64,000 nucleotides of DNA, taken from positions 15,669 to 79,668 of the forward strand of contig DATDZG010000023.1 in the NCBI GenBank assembly GCA_035288805.1. Reading direction: 5' to 3'. This document shows, one piece after another, positions 17,449 through 25,607 of this stretch (the first letter of the stretch is position 1; every line of letters begins with the position of its first letter). The translations under genes were made by a program, and so were the position numbers. Source of the DNA: Candidatus Nanoarchaeia archaeon (GTDB taxonomy: Archaea; Nanobdellota; Nanobdellia; SCGC-AAA011-G17; GW2011-AR20). The notes under the pieces are model-generated. The model was given only the letters and a program-made list of their open reading frames with translations, made no database searches and was not told where the DNA came from.

Positions 17449-19797
17449 ATGAAAAAGCTGGCTGCATTATTATTTATATTAATTCTATTATTCTCTCCAA
17501 TTACAATTGCCGAGGAAACAGCAACAGAACCAGCATCCGGCGGGGGAGGAGGTTCTTCATCAAGCGATTCTAGCTCAGAGTCTCCAGCACCATCAGATTC
17601 AGGCTCGTCAAGCGATTCCGGTTCAACATCATCAGATTCAGGTTCATCATCAGAACCAACAAGCCCTACTCCAACTTCTGACAGTGGAACAACAGATACA
17701 GTTACTCCTCCATCATCAGGCGGTGGTGGAGAAGGAGGAGGAATCATAGAACAGCCTTACCAAGAACCAATCAAAGAACCCTATCAACAGCCTCAAAATA
17801 CTTGTCCTCCTGACAAATCCTGCAGAAGTGGAGAAGAATGTGTTCCTTGCCCAGATCAACAGCAAAAACAACAACCCTATCAACAGCAACCAGGACAACC
17901 CCCTCAACCTCCTCAAAATAGATGCCCTTCAGATAGAGCATGCATGAAAGGGGAAGAATGTGTTCCCTGCCCAGGGCAAGGACAGCAATTTCAAAATATT
18001 CCTCCAGGATGTCATGTAGAACAAGGAGAATTCGGACAGTTTATCAAATGCGAACAAGATAAAAGATATGAAGAAGAAAAAAGAAAAGGGGAAGAAGATT
18101 GCAGAGTTCATAATGGGAAATTCATAATCCGTCCAGGCACTACAGCTTGGGAATGCATCCCTCAAAGCCAAGGAGGATTTTTCAATCAAGGACAATGTCC
18201 AGGACCAGAGCAATTAAAGCAGATAGAAACACAATGCACATCCTCACAAGGAAGAGTTGAGCATTTCCGGGATAGAAATGGGTGTGAAATATCAAGTTGC
18301 ATGCAGGAATTCTCCCAAGGGCAAGGGAGTGAGGAAGAAAAAATAAAATTCATGGCTCTAAGTTGCGAAGGACAAGGTGGTCAATTTACATTTAATGAGC
18401 AAGGCCCTAATTGCGTCGGAGGACAGCAGCAGATAAGAATAAACCAGGATTTAAAACCCTTAAATGGGATTGAGTTATTAAAAATAGCATTAGAGATGGA
18501 AAATCTCATTCAAACATTCAACAACATTCATGATAAACTAACAAGCTTACAATCATACTACCAAGAAAAAGGTGATGAAGAAAAAGCAGCATCATTCGCA
18601 GCAGCAGCCTCACAATTAGAAGGAGCAATGAACAGATTAGATGAAATCAGAGCAGGATTAGCAGAGAATGCTGATTCATTCGAAGAACAGGAAAGAATAA
18701 GTGTCTTAGAAGACATTCAAAAGATTAATTCAATTATAAAAGATGTTGCTGTAATATTATTAACAGGCGGAAAATCAAAGAGAGCAGCAACAGAGAGATT
18801 TGAACAGCGCAGTGGAAAGCAGGAATTTGAAAATGAGTTCCCAGAAGAAGGTGAAGATGTCTTCCAGGCATTCCAAAACTGCCAAGATTTCTCAAAAGAT
18901 GCGCCATTTAAGTTCAGCCCAGAAAAAGGGGTCAATGTCAGATTAGAAGGTTTGGATGATGGAAAATGTGTTATGATAGTAAATCCTCCAGGATTCGAAG
19001 GTGAAGTTACATTCAAGATTCCATCAGGAGTCTATCAATTCTTTGATGGTCCTCAATCACTATTAAGAGAAGATGTGGAATGCTCTCCCTCAGCAGCATG
19101 TGAGATGATGAAGCAGTTTATCCAAAGTGAAGACCAGAATAAAGGAAATGCTCAACAGAATCAACAAAGATTTGGTGAAGAAGAAAAACAAAGAGAGTTT
19201 AAAGAAGGAGAATTTCAAGACTTCCAAAGTCCAGAATTCCCACAGCCTAGAGGGAGATTCGAACAAAACTCTGGCGAATTAAGACCATCACAATGTGAAG
19301 GTGCTGAATTAAGTAATGAAGAATGTGCAAAATGGACTATCGAAACAAACTCTTTAGAAAAAATACCTCAATGCAAAGGCTTAACAGAAGAACAGTGTAT
19401 CAAGCTGTTAAAAAATTCTTGGGACAGAGCATTTGAAAGTAAAGGATTTAATCCTGCTCAAAGAGAATTCCCTCAGCAATACTCACAATATCAACCAAGC
19501 AGTGGTGGAGGCATGGGCCAAGGTGGAGGTTATAACCAATACTCACAAAACACAGGTCCAAATAATTTCAACAATCAGCAAGGTTACCAAGATAACTATC
19601 AAACAGCAAGACCAGCAGTAAGTGCAAAAGCAGGATTCTGCGGAGATGGAACTATTGCCCCAAGCTTAGGTGAAGAATGTGACGACAGAAATAACAGAGA
19701 TGGTGATGGGTGCTCAACAAGCTGTAAGGTTGAACAACAACCAGTAGCAATAGCAAATGTAATAAAAGAATTTGGAAATTTTATGAGGGGTGAATGA
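17449..19797 (+). CDS. secreted low-complexity (S/G/T- and Q-rich) protein with duplicated CPxDxxCxxGEECVPCP modules and a C-terminal CGDG…EECDDxN…DGDGCS Cys-rich repeat
   Basis: Signal peptide MKKLAALLFILILLFSPITIA. Repeated Cys motifs; the terminal repeat resembles Myxococcus-type Cys-rich repeats. Confidence 0.65.
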   Translation: MKKLAALLFILILLFSPITIAEETATEPASGGGGGSSSSDSSSESPAPSDSGSSSDSGSTSSDSGSSSEPTSPTPTSDSGTTDTVTPPSSGGGGEGGGIIEQPYQEPIKEPYQQPQNTCPPDKSCRSGEECVPCPDQQQKQQPYQQQPGQPPQPPQNRCPSDRACMKGEECVPCPGQGQQFQNIPPGCHVEQGEFGQFIKCEQDKRYEEEKRKGEEDCRVHNGKFIIRPGTTAWECIPQSQGGFFNQGQCPGPEQLKQIETQCTSSQGRVEHFRDRNGCEISSCMQEFSQGQGSEEEKIKFMALSCEGQGGQFTFNEQGPNCVGGQQQIRINQDLKPLNGIELLKIALEMENLIQTFNNIHDKLTSLQSYYQEKGDEEKAASFAAAASQLEGAMNRLDEIRAGLAENADSFEEQERISVLEDIQKINSIIKDVAVILLTGGKSKRAATERFEQRSGKQEFENEFPEEGEDVFQAFQNCQDFSKDAPFKFSPEKGVNVRLEGLDDGKCVMIVNPPGFEGEVTFKIPSGVYQFFDGPQSLLREDVECSPSAACEMMKQFIQSEDQNKGNAQQNQQRFGEEEKQREFKEGEFQDFQSPEFPQPRGRFEQNSGELRPSQCEGAELSNEECAKWTIETNSLEKIPQCKGLTEEQCIKLLKNSWDRAFESKGFNPAQREFPQQYSQYQPSSGGGMGQGGGYNQYSQNTGPNNFNNQQGYQDNYQTARPAVSAKAGFCGDGTIAPSLGEECDDRNNRDGDGCSTSCKVEQQPVAIANVIKEFGNFMRGE

Positions 19798-19999
19798 GAT
19801 GAAAAAGGAAGGTAAAATAATAATTTGCTTGATTTTACTAAGTTTAGTGATACTAACAATAACTAGCTGTGGGATTGTAGGAGATAAAGCAACAAAAATC
19901 AAAACAGATGAGCAGGCAAAAGCAACAGTAATGAACTTAACAGGAGATTTAGACAACTTAGATTCAAGCTTAAATAGTTTAAATGATAAATTAAGCTAA
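19790..19999 (+). CDS. small lipoprotein-like peptide (hypothetical)
   Basis: 69 aa. Signal sequence ends in LTITSCG. Overlaps the upstream gene's stop. Confidence 0.35.
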   Translation: MNEMKKEGKIIICLILLSLVILTITSCGIVGDKATKIKTDEQAKATVMNLTGDLDNLDSSLNSLNDKLS

Positions 20000-20037
20000 G
20001 CAGATATTTTATATACTTTAATAAATCTTAAACAAAC

Positions 20038-20967
20038 ATGCCCCGCAAATTAATCGTTCTAGCATTAGGTGGTAATGCCTTAATTAAAGACACAGATAAA
20101 CCTTCTTTAGAAATCCAATTTAAAAACGCATCAGAAGTTGTCAAAGATATTCTAAACCTAGCAAAGAACAACAACATAATAATAACCCACGGCAACGGCC
20201 CCCAGGTAGGCAACATCTTACTCCAAGTAGAATCAGCAGCAGGGGTTGCATATCGAGTTCCTTTAGAAGTTTGCGTTGCAGAATCCCAGGGAGAAATAGG
20301 CTATATCATAGAACAAACTCTTCGCAATTATAACAAAAAAGCTCCAGTCATCAGCATCTTAACCCAAGTTCTTGTCTCAAAAAAAGACCCTGCATTCAAA
20401 AACCCAACAAAGTTCATAGGCCCTTTTTATAATCAATTTCATGCCCATGAATTATCAGAAAAAGGATTCACAATCAAGCAAGACGGCAACCGAGGATATA
20501 GAAGAGTTGTTCCCTCCCCTCAGCCATTAAAAATTTTAGAATCAACAGCAATCCTTTCTTTAGTCAAAAACCATAATATTGCAATAGCAGCAGGCGGAGG
20601 AGGAATCCCAGTTATCCAGGAAAATGGAAAATTAAAAGGTATAGAAGCTGTTATCGATAAAGACCTAGCATCTTCCTGCCTCGCAATCTCAATCAAAGCT
20701 AATTACCTAATCTTATTAACAAACATCCCTCAGGTTTATATAAATTTCAACAAACCAAATCAGCAAGCCTTATCAAAAGTAAACCTAAAAGAAATCAAGC
20801 AGTACTACAAAGAATCCCAGTTTCCCCCAGGAAGCATGGGCCCAAAAATTCAATCAGCAATCCAGTTCTTAGAAAAAAACAAAAAAGGAAAAGTCATCAT
20901 CACAGATTTCAAAACTCTAGATAAAGCATTACAAGGCAAAGCAGGAACAATAATTACAAAAGATTAA
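20038..20967 (+). CDS. arcC: carbamate kinase
   Basis: KLIVLALGGNAL… and overall amino-acid-kinase fold motifs. 309 aa. Confidence 0.8.
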   Translation: MPRKLIVLALGGNALIKDTDKPSLEIQFKNASEVVKDILNLAKNNNIIITHGNGPQVGNILLQVESAAGVAYRVPLEVCVAESQGEIGYIIEQTLRNYNKKAPVISILTQVLVSKKDPAFKNPTKFIGPFYNQFHAHELSEKGFTIKQDGNRGYRRVVPSPQPLKILESTAILSLVKNHNIAIAAGGGGIPVIQENGKLKGIEAVIDKDLASSCLAISIKANYLILLTNIPQVYINFNKPNQQALSKVNLKEIKQYYKESQFPPGSMGPKIQSAIQFLEKNKKGKVIITDFKTLDKALQGKAGTIITKD

Positions 20968-20997
20968 TATACTCATAAAATATTCAAAAGAGTAGAG

Positions 20998-22326
20998 GTG
21001 GTAAACATAGAAGAACAAGAATTAAGAGTTCTCATATTAGGAGCAGGTGGAAGAGATTTTCACAATTTCCTTGCATACTTTAGAGATAATCCAGCATTCA
21101 GAGTAATGGGATTCACAGCAGAACAAATTCCAGGAATAGACAAAAGAAAATTCCCAAAAGAATTAGCAGGACCAAGATACAAATCAGACATCCCAATCTT
21201 CTTAGAAACAGAACTCCCAAAAGTTATTCAAAACCTAAAAATAGATTACGCATATTTATGCTACTCAGATTTATCACATCAAGAGGTAGGAGACAAAGCC
21301 TCAATAGTCCTGGCTAATGGAGCTAATTTCGGACTATTAGGTCCAAGAGATACCCAATTGAAATCAAAACTCCCTGTAATCTCAGTGTGCGCAGTAAGAA
21401 CAGGCTGTGGAAAATCAAGAGTAACAAGAAAAATTGCTTTGTATTTAAAAAGAAAAGGCCATAAAGTCGTGGTCATAAGGCATCCAATGCCATACGGAGA
21501 CCTAAAAAAGCAGGAAGTTCAAAAGTTCTACACATATGAAGACCTAGACAAAGCCAATTGCACTTTAGAAGAAAGAGAGGAATACGAACATCACTTAAGG
21601 CAAAATATCCCTGTATTCGCAGGAGTAAACTATCAAAAAATAATGGAAGAAGCTGAAAAAGAGGCCGATGTTATTTTATGGGATGGAGGGAATAACGATT
21701 TCCCATTCATCAAACCAAATCTGCATTTAGTATTAGTAGACCCAAGAAGACCCGGACATGGTTTAAGCTATTATCCTGGAGAAGTTAACTTAAGGCTCGC
21801 TGACATGGTTATAGTCAACCAAATGTACGGTGTAGATGAGCCTCAAATGAAAGTTGTTGAAGAAAACACAAGATTGGTTAATAAAAATGCCAAAATAATA
21901 AGGGTAAAATCTCTTGTCTTAGTTCAGGAGCCAGAATTAATCCAGGGGAAAAATGTCCTTATCGTAGGAGACGGCCCAACCCTAACCCATGGTGGAATGC
22001 CAACAGGAGTAGGAACAGCAGCTGCAATAAAATACAATGCAAAATCCATTGTTGACCCCCGACCTTTTGCAGTCGGCTCAATAAAAGACACATTTGAAAA
22101 GTTCCCTCATCTAAAAGATGCAATCCCTGCAATGGGCTATAGCAAACAACAATTAAAAGAGCTTGAAAAGTCAATCAACAAAACTCCGTGCGATTTAATC
22201 ATAGACTCCACCCCGGGAGACATAGGGAAGTTAATGAAAATAAAGAAAAAAATGATCTACACAAGCTACGATATGGATGAAAACGACATGCTGCCAGTAT
22301 TCAAAGCAATTGACAAGTTAGTATGA
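20998..22326 (+). CDS. P-loop (Walker A GCGKS) protein of uncertain function embedded in the carbamate kinase/carbamoyltransferase cluster (possibly cyclic-2,3-diphosphoglycerate-synthetase-like)
   Basis: 442-aa ORF with an N-terminal GAGG Rossmann-like motif and an internal RTGCGKSRVTRK. Family not firmly recognised. Confidence 0.55.
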   Translation: MVNIEEQELRVLILGAGGRDFHNFLAYFRDNPAFRVMGFTAEQIPGIDKRKFPKELAGPRYKSDIPIFLETELPKVIQNLKIDYAYLCYSDLSHQEVGDKASIVLANGANFGLLGPRDTQLKSKLPVISVCAVRTGCGKSRVTRKIALYLKRKGHKVVVIRHPMPYGDLKKQEVQKFYTYEDLDKANCTLEEREEYEHHLRQNIPVFAGVNYQKIMEEAEKEADVILWDGGNNDFPFIKPNLHLVLVDPRRPGHGLSYYPGEVNLRLADMVIVNQMYGVDEPQMKVVEENTRLVNKNAKIIRVKSLVLVQEPELIQGKNVLIVGDGPTLTHGGMPTGVGTAAAIKYNAKSIVDPRPFAVGSIKDTFEKFPHLKDAIPAMGYSKQQLKELEKSINKTPCDLIIDSTPGDIGKLMKIKKKMIYTSYDMDENDMLPVFKAIDKLV

Positions 22327-23252
22327 AAAGAATTCTTTCAATAACCAGGAAAAAGAAAAAATCCAGAAGCCTAATCTCATTAAAAGACCTCTCAAAAGAA
22401 GAAATTCTCGCAATAATCAACTTGGCATCAAAAATAAAAAAATATCCCTCCCGTTATAGCAATAAATTAAAAGGCCAGTCATTATTGATGATGTTTGCCA
22501 AGCCTTCTTTAAGAACCCATTTATCTTTTGAAGTTGCCATGTATCAATTAGGAGGACATCCAATCTATTATTCAATGTCAGATTCTGTTCTAGGAAAGAA
22601 AGAGTCTATTAAAGATGCAGCAAGAGTCATGTCACGCTACGTAAACATTATCATGGCTCGTTTATTTGAGCACAAAGAAATGGAAGAATTATCAAAATAC
22701 TCAAACATCCCTGTAATCAACCATGCCTCAGTTCCCGTTATTTCAGGCTTAGACAATTTTGAGCATCCATGCCAGGTTCTTGGAGACCTGCTAACAATAA
22801 AAGAGCATAAAAAGAAATTAGAAAACATAACAATAACCTACATCGGTGATTCAAACAACAATGTAACAAACTCTTTAATCTTTGCTTGCGATAAACTCAA
22901 CATCAAACTTCAAATTATCTGCCCAAAACAAATGGAGCCAAAAGTTTCAGGCAAGTATTCTTTATCACATAATCCTCAAGACACAAAAGGAGATATTCTT
23001 TACACAGATTCCTGGTTCTCTTATCACATCCCAGAATCAGAATACGAATCAAGAAAGCAAATATTACATCCATACCAGGTTACAAAGCAATTATTGAAGA
23101 ACGCTTTATTCATGCATTGCCTTCCTGCTCAAAGAGGTATGGAAGTTACAGATGATGTTATGGATTCTCAGCAAGCAATCATCTACGATCAGGCCGAAAA
23201 CAGATTGCACATTGAAAAGGCCATCTTATTGTGGTGTATGGGAAAAGCTTAA
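22323..23252 (+). CDS. ornithine/putrescine carbamoyltransferase-family protein (OTC-like)
   Basis: SLRTH (STRTR-like) carbamoyl-phosphate motif and HCLPA motif. Start overlaps the upstream stop. Confidence 0.75.
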   Translation: MKRILSITRKKKKSRSLISLKDLSKEEILAIINLASKIKKYPSRYSNKLKGQSLLMMFAKPSLRTHLSFEVAMYQLGGHPIYYSMSDSVLGKKESIKDAARVMSRYVNIIMARLFEHKEMEELSKYSNIPVINHASVPVISGLDNFEHPCQVLGDLLTIKEHKKKLENITITYIGDSNNNVTNSLIFACDKLNIKLQIICPKQMEPKVSGKYSLSHNPQDTKGDILYTDSWFSYHIPESEYESRKQILHPYQVTKQLLKNALFMHCLPAQRGMEVTDDVMDSQQAIIYDQAENRLHIEKAILLWCMGKA

Positions 23253-23388
23253 ATTCCAGAGAAGTTTCTCATCAAGATGTCATCAGACCCAGACAGAAGA
23301 AAATCAAAGAACGACAAGAGAGCAAAAGGCCGATTTAAACTCTACAAACACGGTGGAAAATACAGGTCAACAGACATCAAAGGATAGT

Positions 23389-23769
23389 ATGGACACTCAA
23401 CAAGTAATCAAAAAGTCAATCATAGAATTTCTCCCCACTATTTTAATGATAGCCCTCATTCCCATATTCTGGAATGATTACATTTTAACCGGGATTTACG
23501 CAGTTGCCATAATACTCTTATTCCTAGCAAAAAGAGAAAGAAAAGAAATAACTATTTTCATCTCTTCAGCAATAATCATAACCTTCTTTGAATACATCTT
23601 TGTAATGACAGGAGTTGAAATCTTCCAAAGACATACTCTTCTTGGAGTAATGCCCCTCTGGCTCCCTCTACTCTGGGGATACGCAATGGTGGCAGCAAAA
23701 AGATTCCTCTTATATGTTAACTCTCATAAAGAAGAAGCCCTAACCTTAAAAATAAAAAGAACGCATTAA
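23389..23769 (+). CDS. small membrane protein (hypothetical)
   Basis: Internal-Met start of ORF 23152-23769, chosen to avoid overlap with the OTC gene. 3-4 TM helices. Confidence 0.4.
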   Translation: MDTQQVIKKSIIEFLPTILMIALIPIFWNDYILTGIYAVAIILLFLAKRERKEITIFISSAIIITFFEYIFVMTGVEIFQRHTLLGVMPLWLPLLWGYAMVAAKRFLLYVNSHKEEALTLKIKRTH

Positions 23770-23819
23770 CACAAACATTTAAATAAACTTCAACATTAAC
23801 AAAATCAAGGTGATACGAA

Positions 23820-24836
23820 ATTAAACTTCTTGAAAAATTAAGCAATATATTCGGTCCTTCTGGAAATGAAAGCAATGTAAGAAAATTAATAGAGAAAAAA
23901 ATAAAACCTTATGTTGACGAAGTAAGAATCAACAAACTAGGAAATCTTGTTGCCCATAAAAAAGGTAAAGGAAAAACAGTAATGCTTGCAGCCCATATGG
24001 ATGAAATAGGCTTAATGATAAAACGCATAGATGACAATGGGTTCATAAGAATCTCTTTAATCGGAGGAATTGAACCAATAACTCTTGTAGGCCAGGCAGT
24101 AAAACTCATAAGACAAGACGGAACATCAATCTGCAATGGAGTAGTCACAATGGGTGAAATCCATGATGATTCAGAAATAAAAAATCCTCCAAAAGTAGAA
24201 TTCCTTTACGTGGATACAGGATTAACAAAGAAAGAATTAGCAAAAAAAGGGATTGATATAGGCACTTATATTGTTCCAGACCACAGGTTCAGGCATTTAG
24301 GAAAAAAAGAAATCATCTCAGGCAAAGCATTGGACGACAGGATTGGCTGTTACCTGTTAATCAAGATTGCTGAAAAATTAAAAAATTACAGAGGTTTAGA
24401 TATCTACTACGTATTCACGGTTCAAGAAGAAATAGGATTATACGGTGCAAAAACATCTGTCTACGAAATAAGCCCTGATTGGGGAATAGCAGTTGACGTT
24501 ACAGTAGCAACAGACTCAGATATTCAGCGAGGTCCTAGATTAGGCACAGGTCCATATCTTACAGTAAAAGATTCTGAAATAATAGCCAACCCAAAAATAG
24601 ACGACCATATCAAAGCATTGGCAAAAAAGCATAAAATAAATCTAAACTTGGAGGTTCTTGATTATGGAACAACAGACGCAACAAACATCATGCTTTCAGG
24701 AGGGGGGGTTCCATCAACAATTTTCGGTGTAGCTGTAAGGAATATTCACACATCAATAGGTGTTGCTCATTATGATGATATTCAGCAGGCAATAAAATTA
24801 GCAGTAATAATCTTAAAGAATCCTCCAAAATTATGA
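23820..24836 (+). CDS. M42-family (TET/FrvX-like) aminopeptidase, apparently initiated at a non-canonical ATT codon
   Basis: Homology (…FGPSGNES…VDEVRINKLGNLVAHKKGKGKTVMLAAHMDEIG) extends 54 codons upstream of the first ATG (23982), up to a TGA at 23811. No ATG/GTG/TTG occurs in that stretch. GGTGA sits 6-7 nt before ATT 23820. Confidence 0.55.
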   Translation: MKLLEKLSNIFGPSGNESNVRKLIEKKIKPYVDEVRINKLGNLVAHKKGKGKTVMLAAHMDEIGLMIKRIDDNGFIRISLIGGIEPITLVGQAVKLIRQDGTSICNGVVTMGEIHDDSEIKNPPKVEFLYVDTGLTKKELAKKGIDIGTYIVPDHRFRHLGKKEIISGKALDDRIGCYLLIKIAEKLKNYRGLDIYYVFTVQEEIGLYGAKTSVYEISPDWGIAVDVTVATDSDIQRGPRLGTGPYLTVKDSEIIANPKIDDHIKALAKKHKINLNLEVLDYGTTDATNIMLSGGGVPSTIFGVAVRNIHTSIGVAHYDDIQQAIKLAVIILKNPPKL

Positions 24837-25178
24837 GTAATTTTTTCTTTTAGTAACATGAGAAGCAACCGATTGTCCAACAAATTTTAAAGCCTCATAA
24901 GGAAGCTCTAAAGCATAAACCCCTCTTCTCTTTCCAGATGTATTAATTCTTGTTCCAGCAAGTAAAGCATCCAAAGTAGCAAGTATAGCATAATCAGGAT
25001 GAAAATAAGCAAAAGCACCGCAAGCAACAATCTCAGCAGCAGCACTTAAATTTACCCCACTTCTAGGATTATAACCTGGAACAGTTCTCTCCAAAAACTC
25101 CTGCTCTGGTAGGAATCCAAGAAAAGTATGAGTTACCCAATCCTTCCCTTCAAGCTCTCTTTCCATAAAAAAGAGCAA
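24831..25178 (-). CDS. hypothetical protein
   Basis: 115-aa ORF. Confidence 0.4.
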   Translation of the reverse strand: MLFFMERELEGKDWVTHTFLGFLPEQEFLERTVPGYNPRSGVNLSAAAEIVACGAFAYFHPDYAILATLDALLAGTRINTSGKRRGVYALELPYEALKFVGQSVASHVTKRKNYS

Positions 25179-25234
25179 AACAAAGAAGTTTATAAATGAA
25201 CCTTTTTCTTTAAAAAAGAAAAACCTTCAGGAAA

Positions 25235-25282
25235 TGTTCAACGAAAGTTGAACAGTAGTTCAAGTTCCATGAACCTTGAACT
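25235..25282 (+). repeat. Family-B double hairpin (tgttcaAC-gaaa-GTtgaaca, then agttcaag-…-cttgaact)
   Basis: Reverse-complement relative at 37428-37464 with compensatory changes (AC/GT -> CC/GG). A third related hairpin is at 63670-63688. Confidence 0.45.
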
Positions 25283-25482
25283 AAAAAGAAAGTAATTTAA
25301 AAGAACCCATCTCTATCTTTAGTATAAAAATACTCAAAAATTTCTTTTGAGAAATGCAAGACCCCTTTAAGTTTTTAGAGGGATGTATTAAATGTCATCG
25401 ACGTTTTGGGGATACAGGATACTTTGTTTTCTTTTATGGATACAAAGTTTTTTCTTTTCCTAAAAGAAAAAAGGTTGTCTAG

Positions 25483-25569
25483 GGGCCCGTAGTTTAGCCT
25501 GGATAGAATTTTCGGCTTCGGCTGTGAAGAAGAAACCGGAAGAGGGGGGTTCAAATCCTCCCGGGCTCA
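25483..25569 (+). tRNA. tRNA-Arg(TCG) candidate with a 13-nt intron at the canonical 37/38 position; no encoded CCA
   Basis: Manual fold. Acceptor GGGCCCG/CGGGCTC, U8, D-arm GTTT/GAAT with GG, anticodon stem TTCGG/CCGGA, loop C-U-UCG-G + intron ctgtgaagaagaa + A. T-arm GGGGG-TTCAAAT-CCTCC, discriminator A. Confidence 0.55.
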
Positions 25570-25607
25570 TTCCAAAAATTTAAATAGAAACCAACCAATC
25601 AACAATC

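Noticed and set aside
17358-17916. Minus-strand ORFs 17358-17747, 17716-17916 and plus-strand 17507-17749 (P/S/E- or Q/H-rich)
   Set aside because: Alternative-frame and antisense readings of the low-complexity 5' region of the secreted protein gene 17449-19797.
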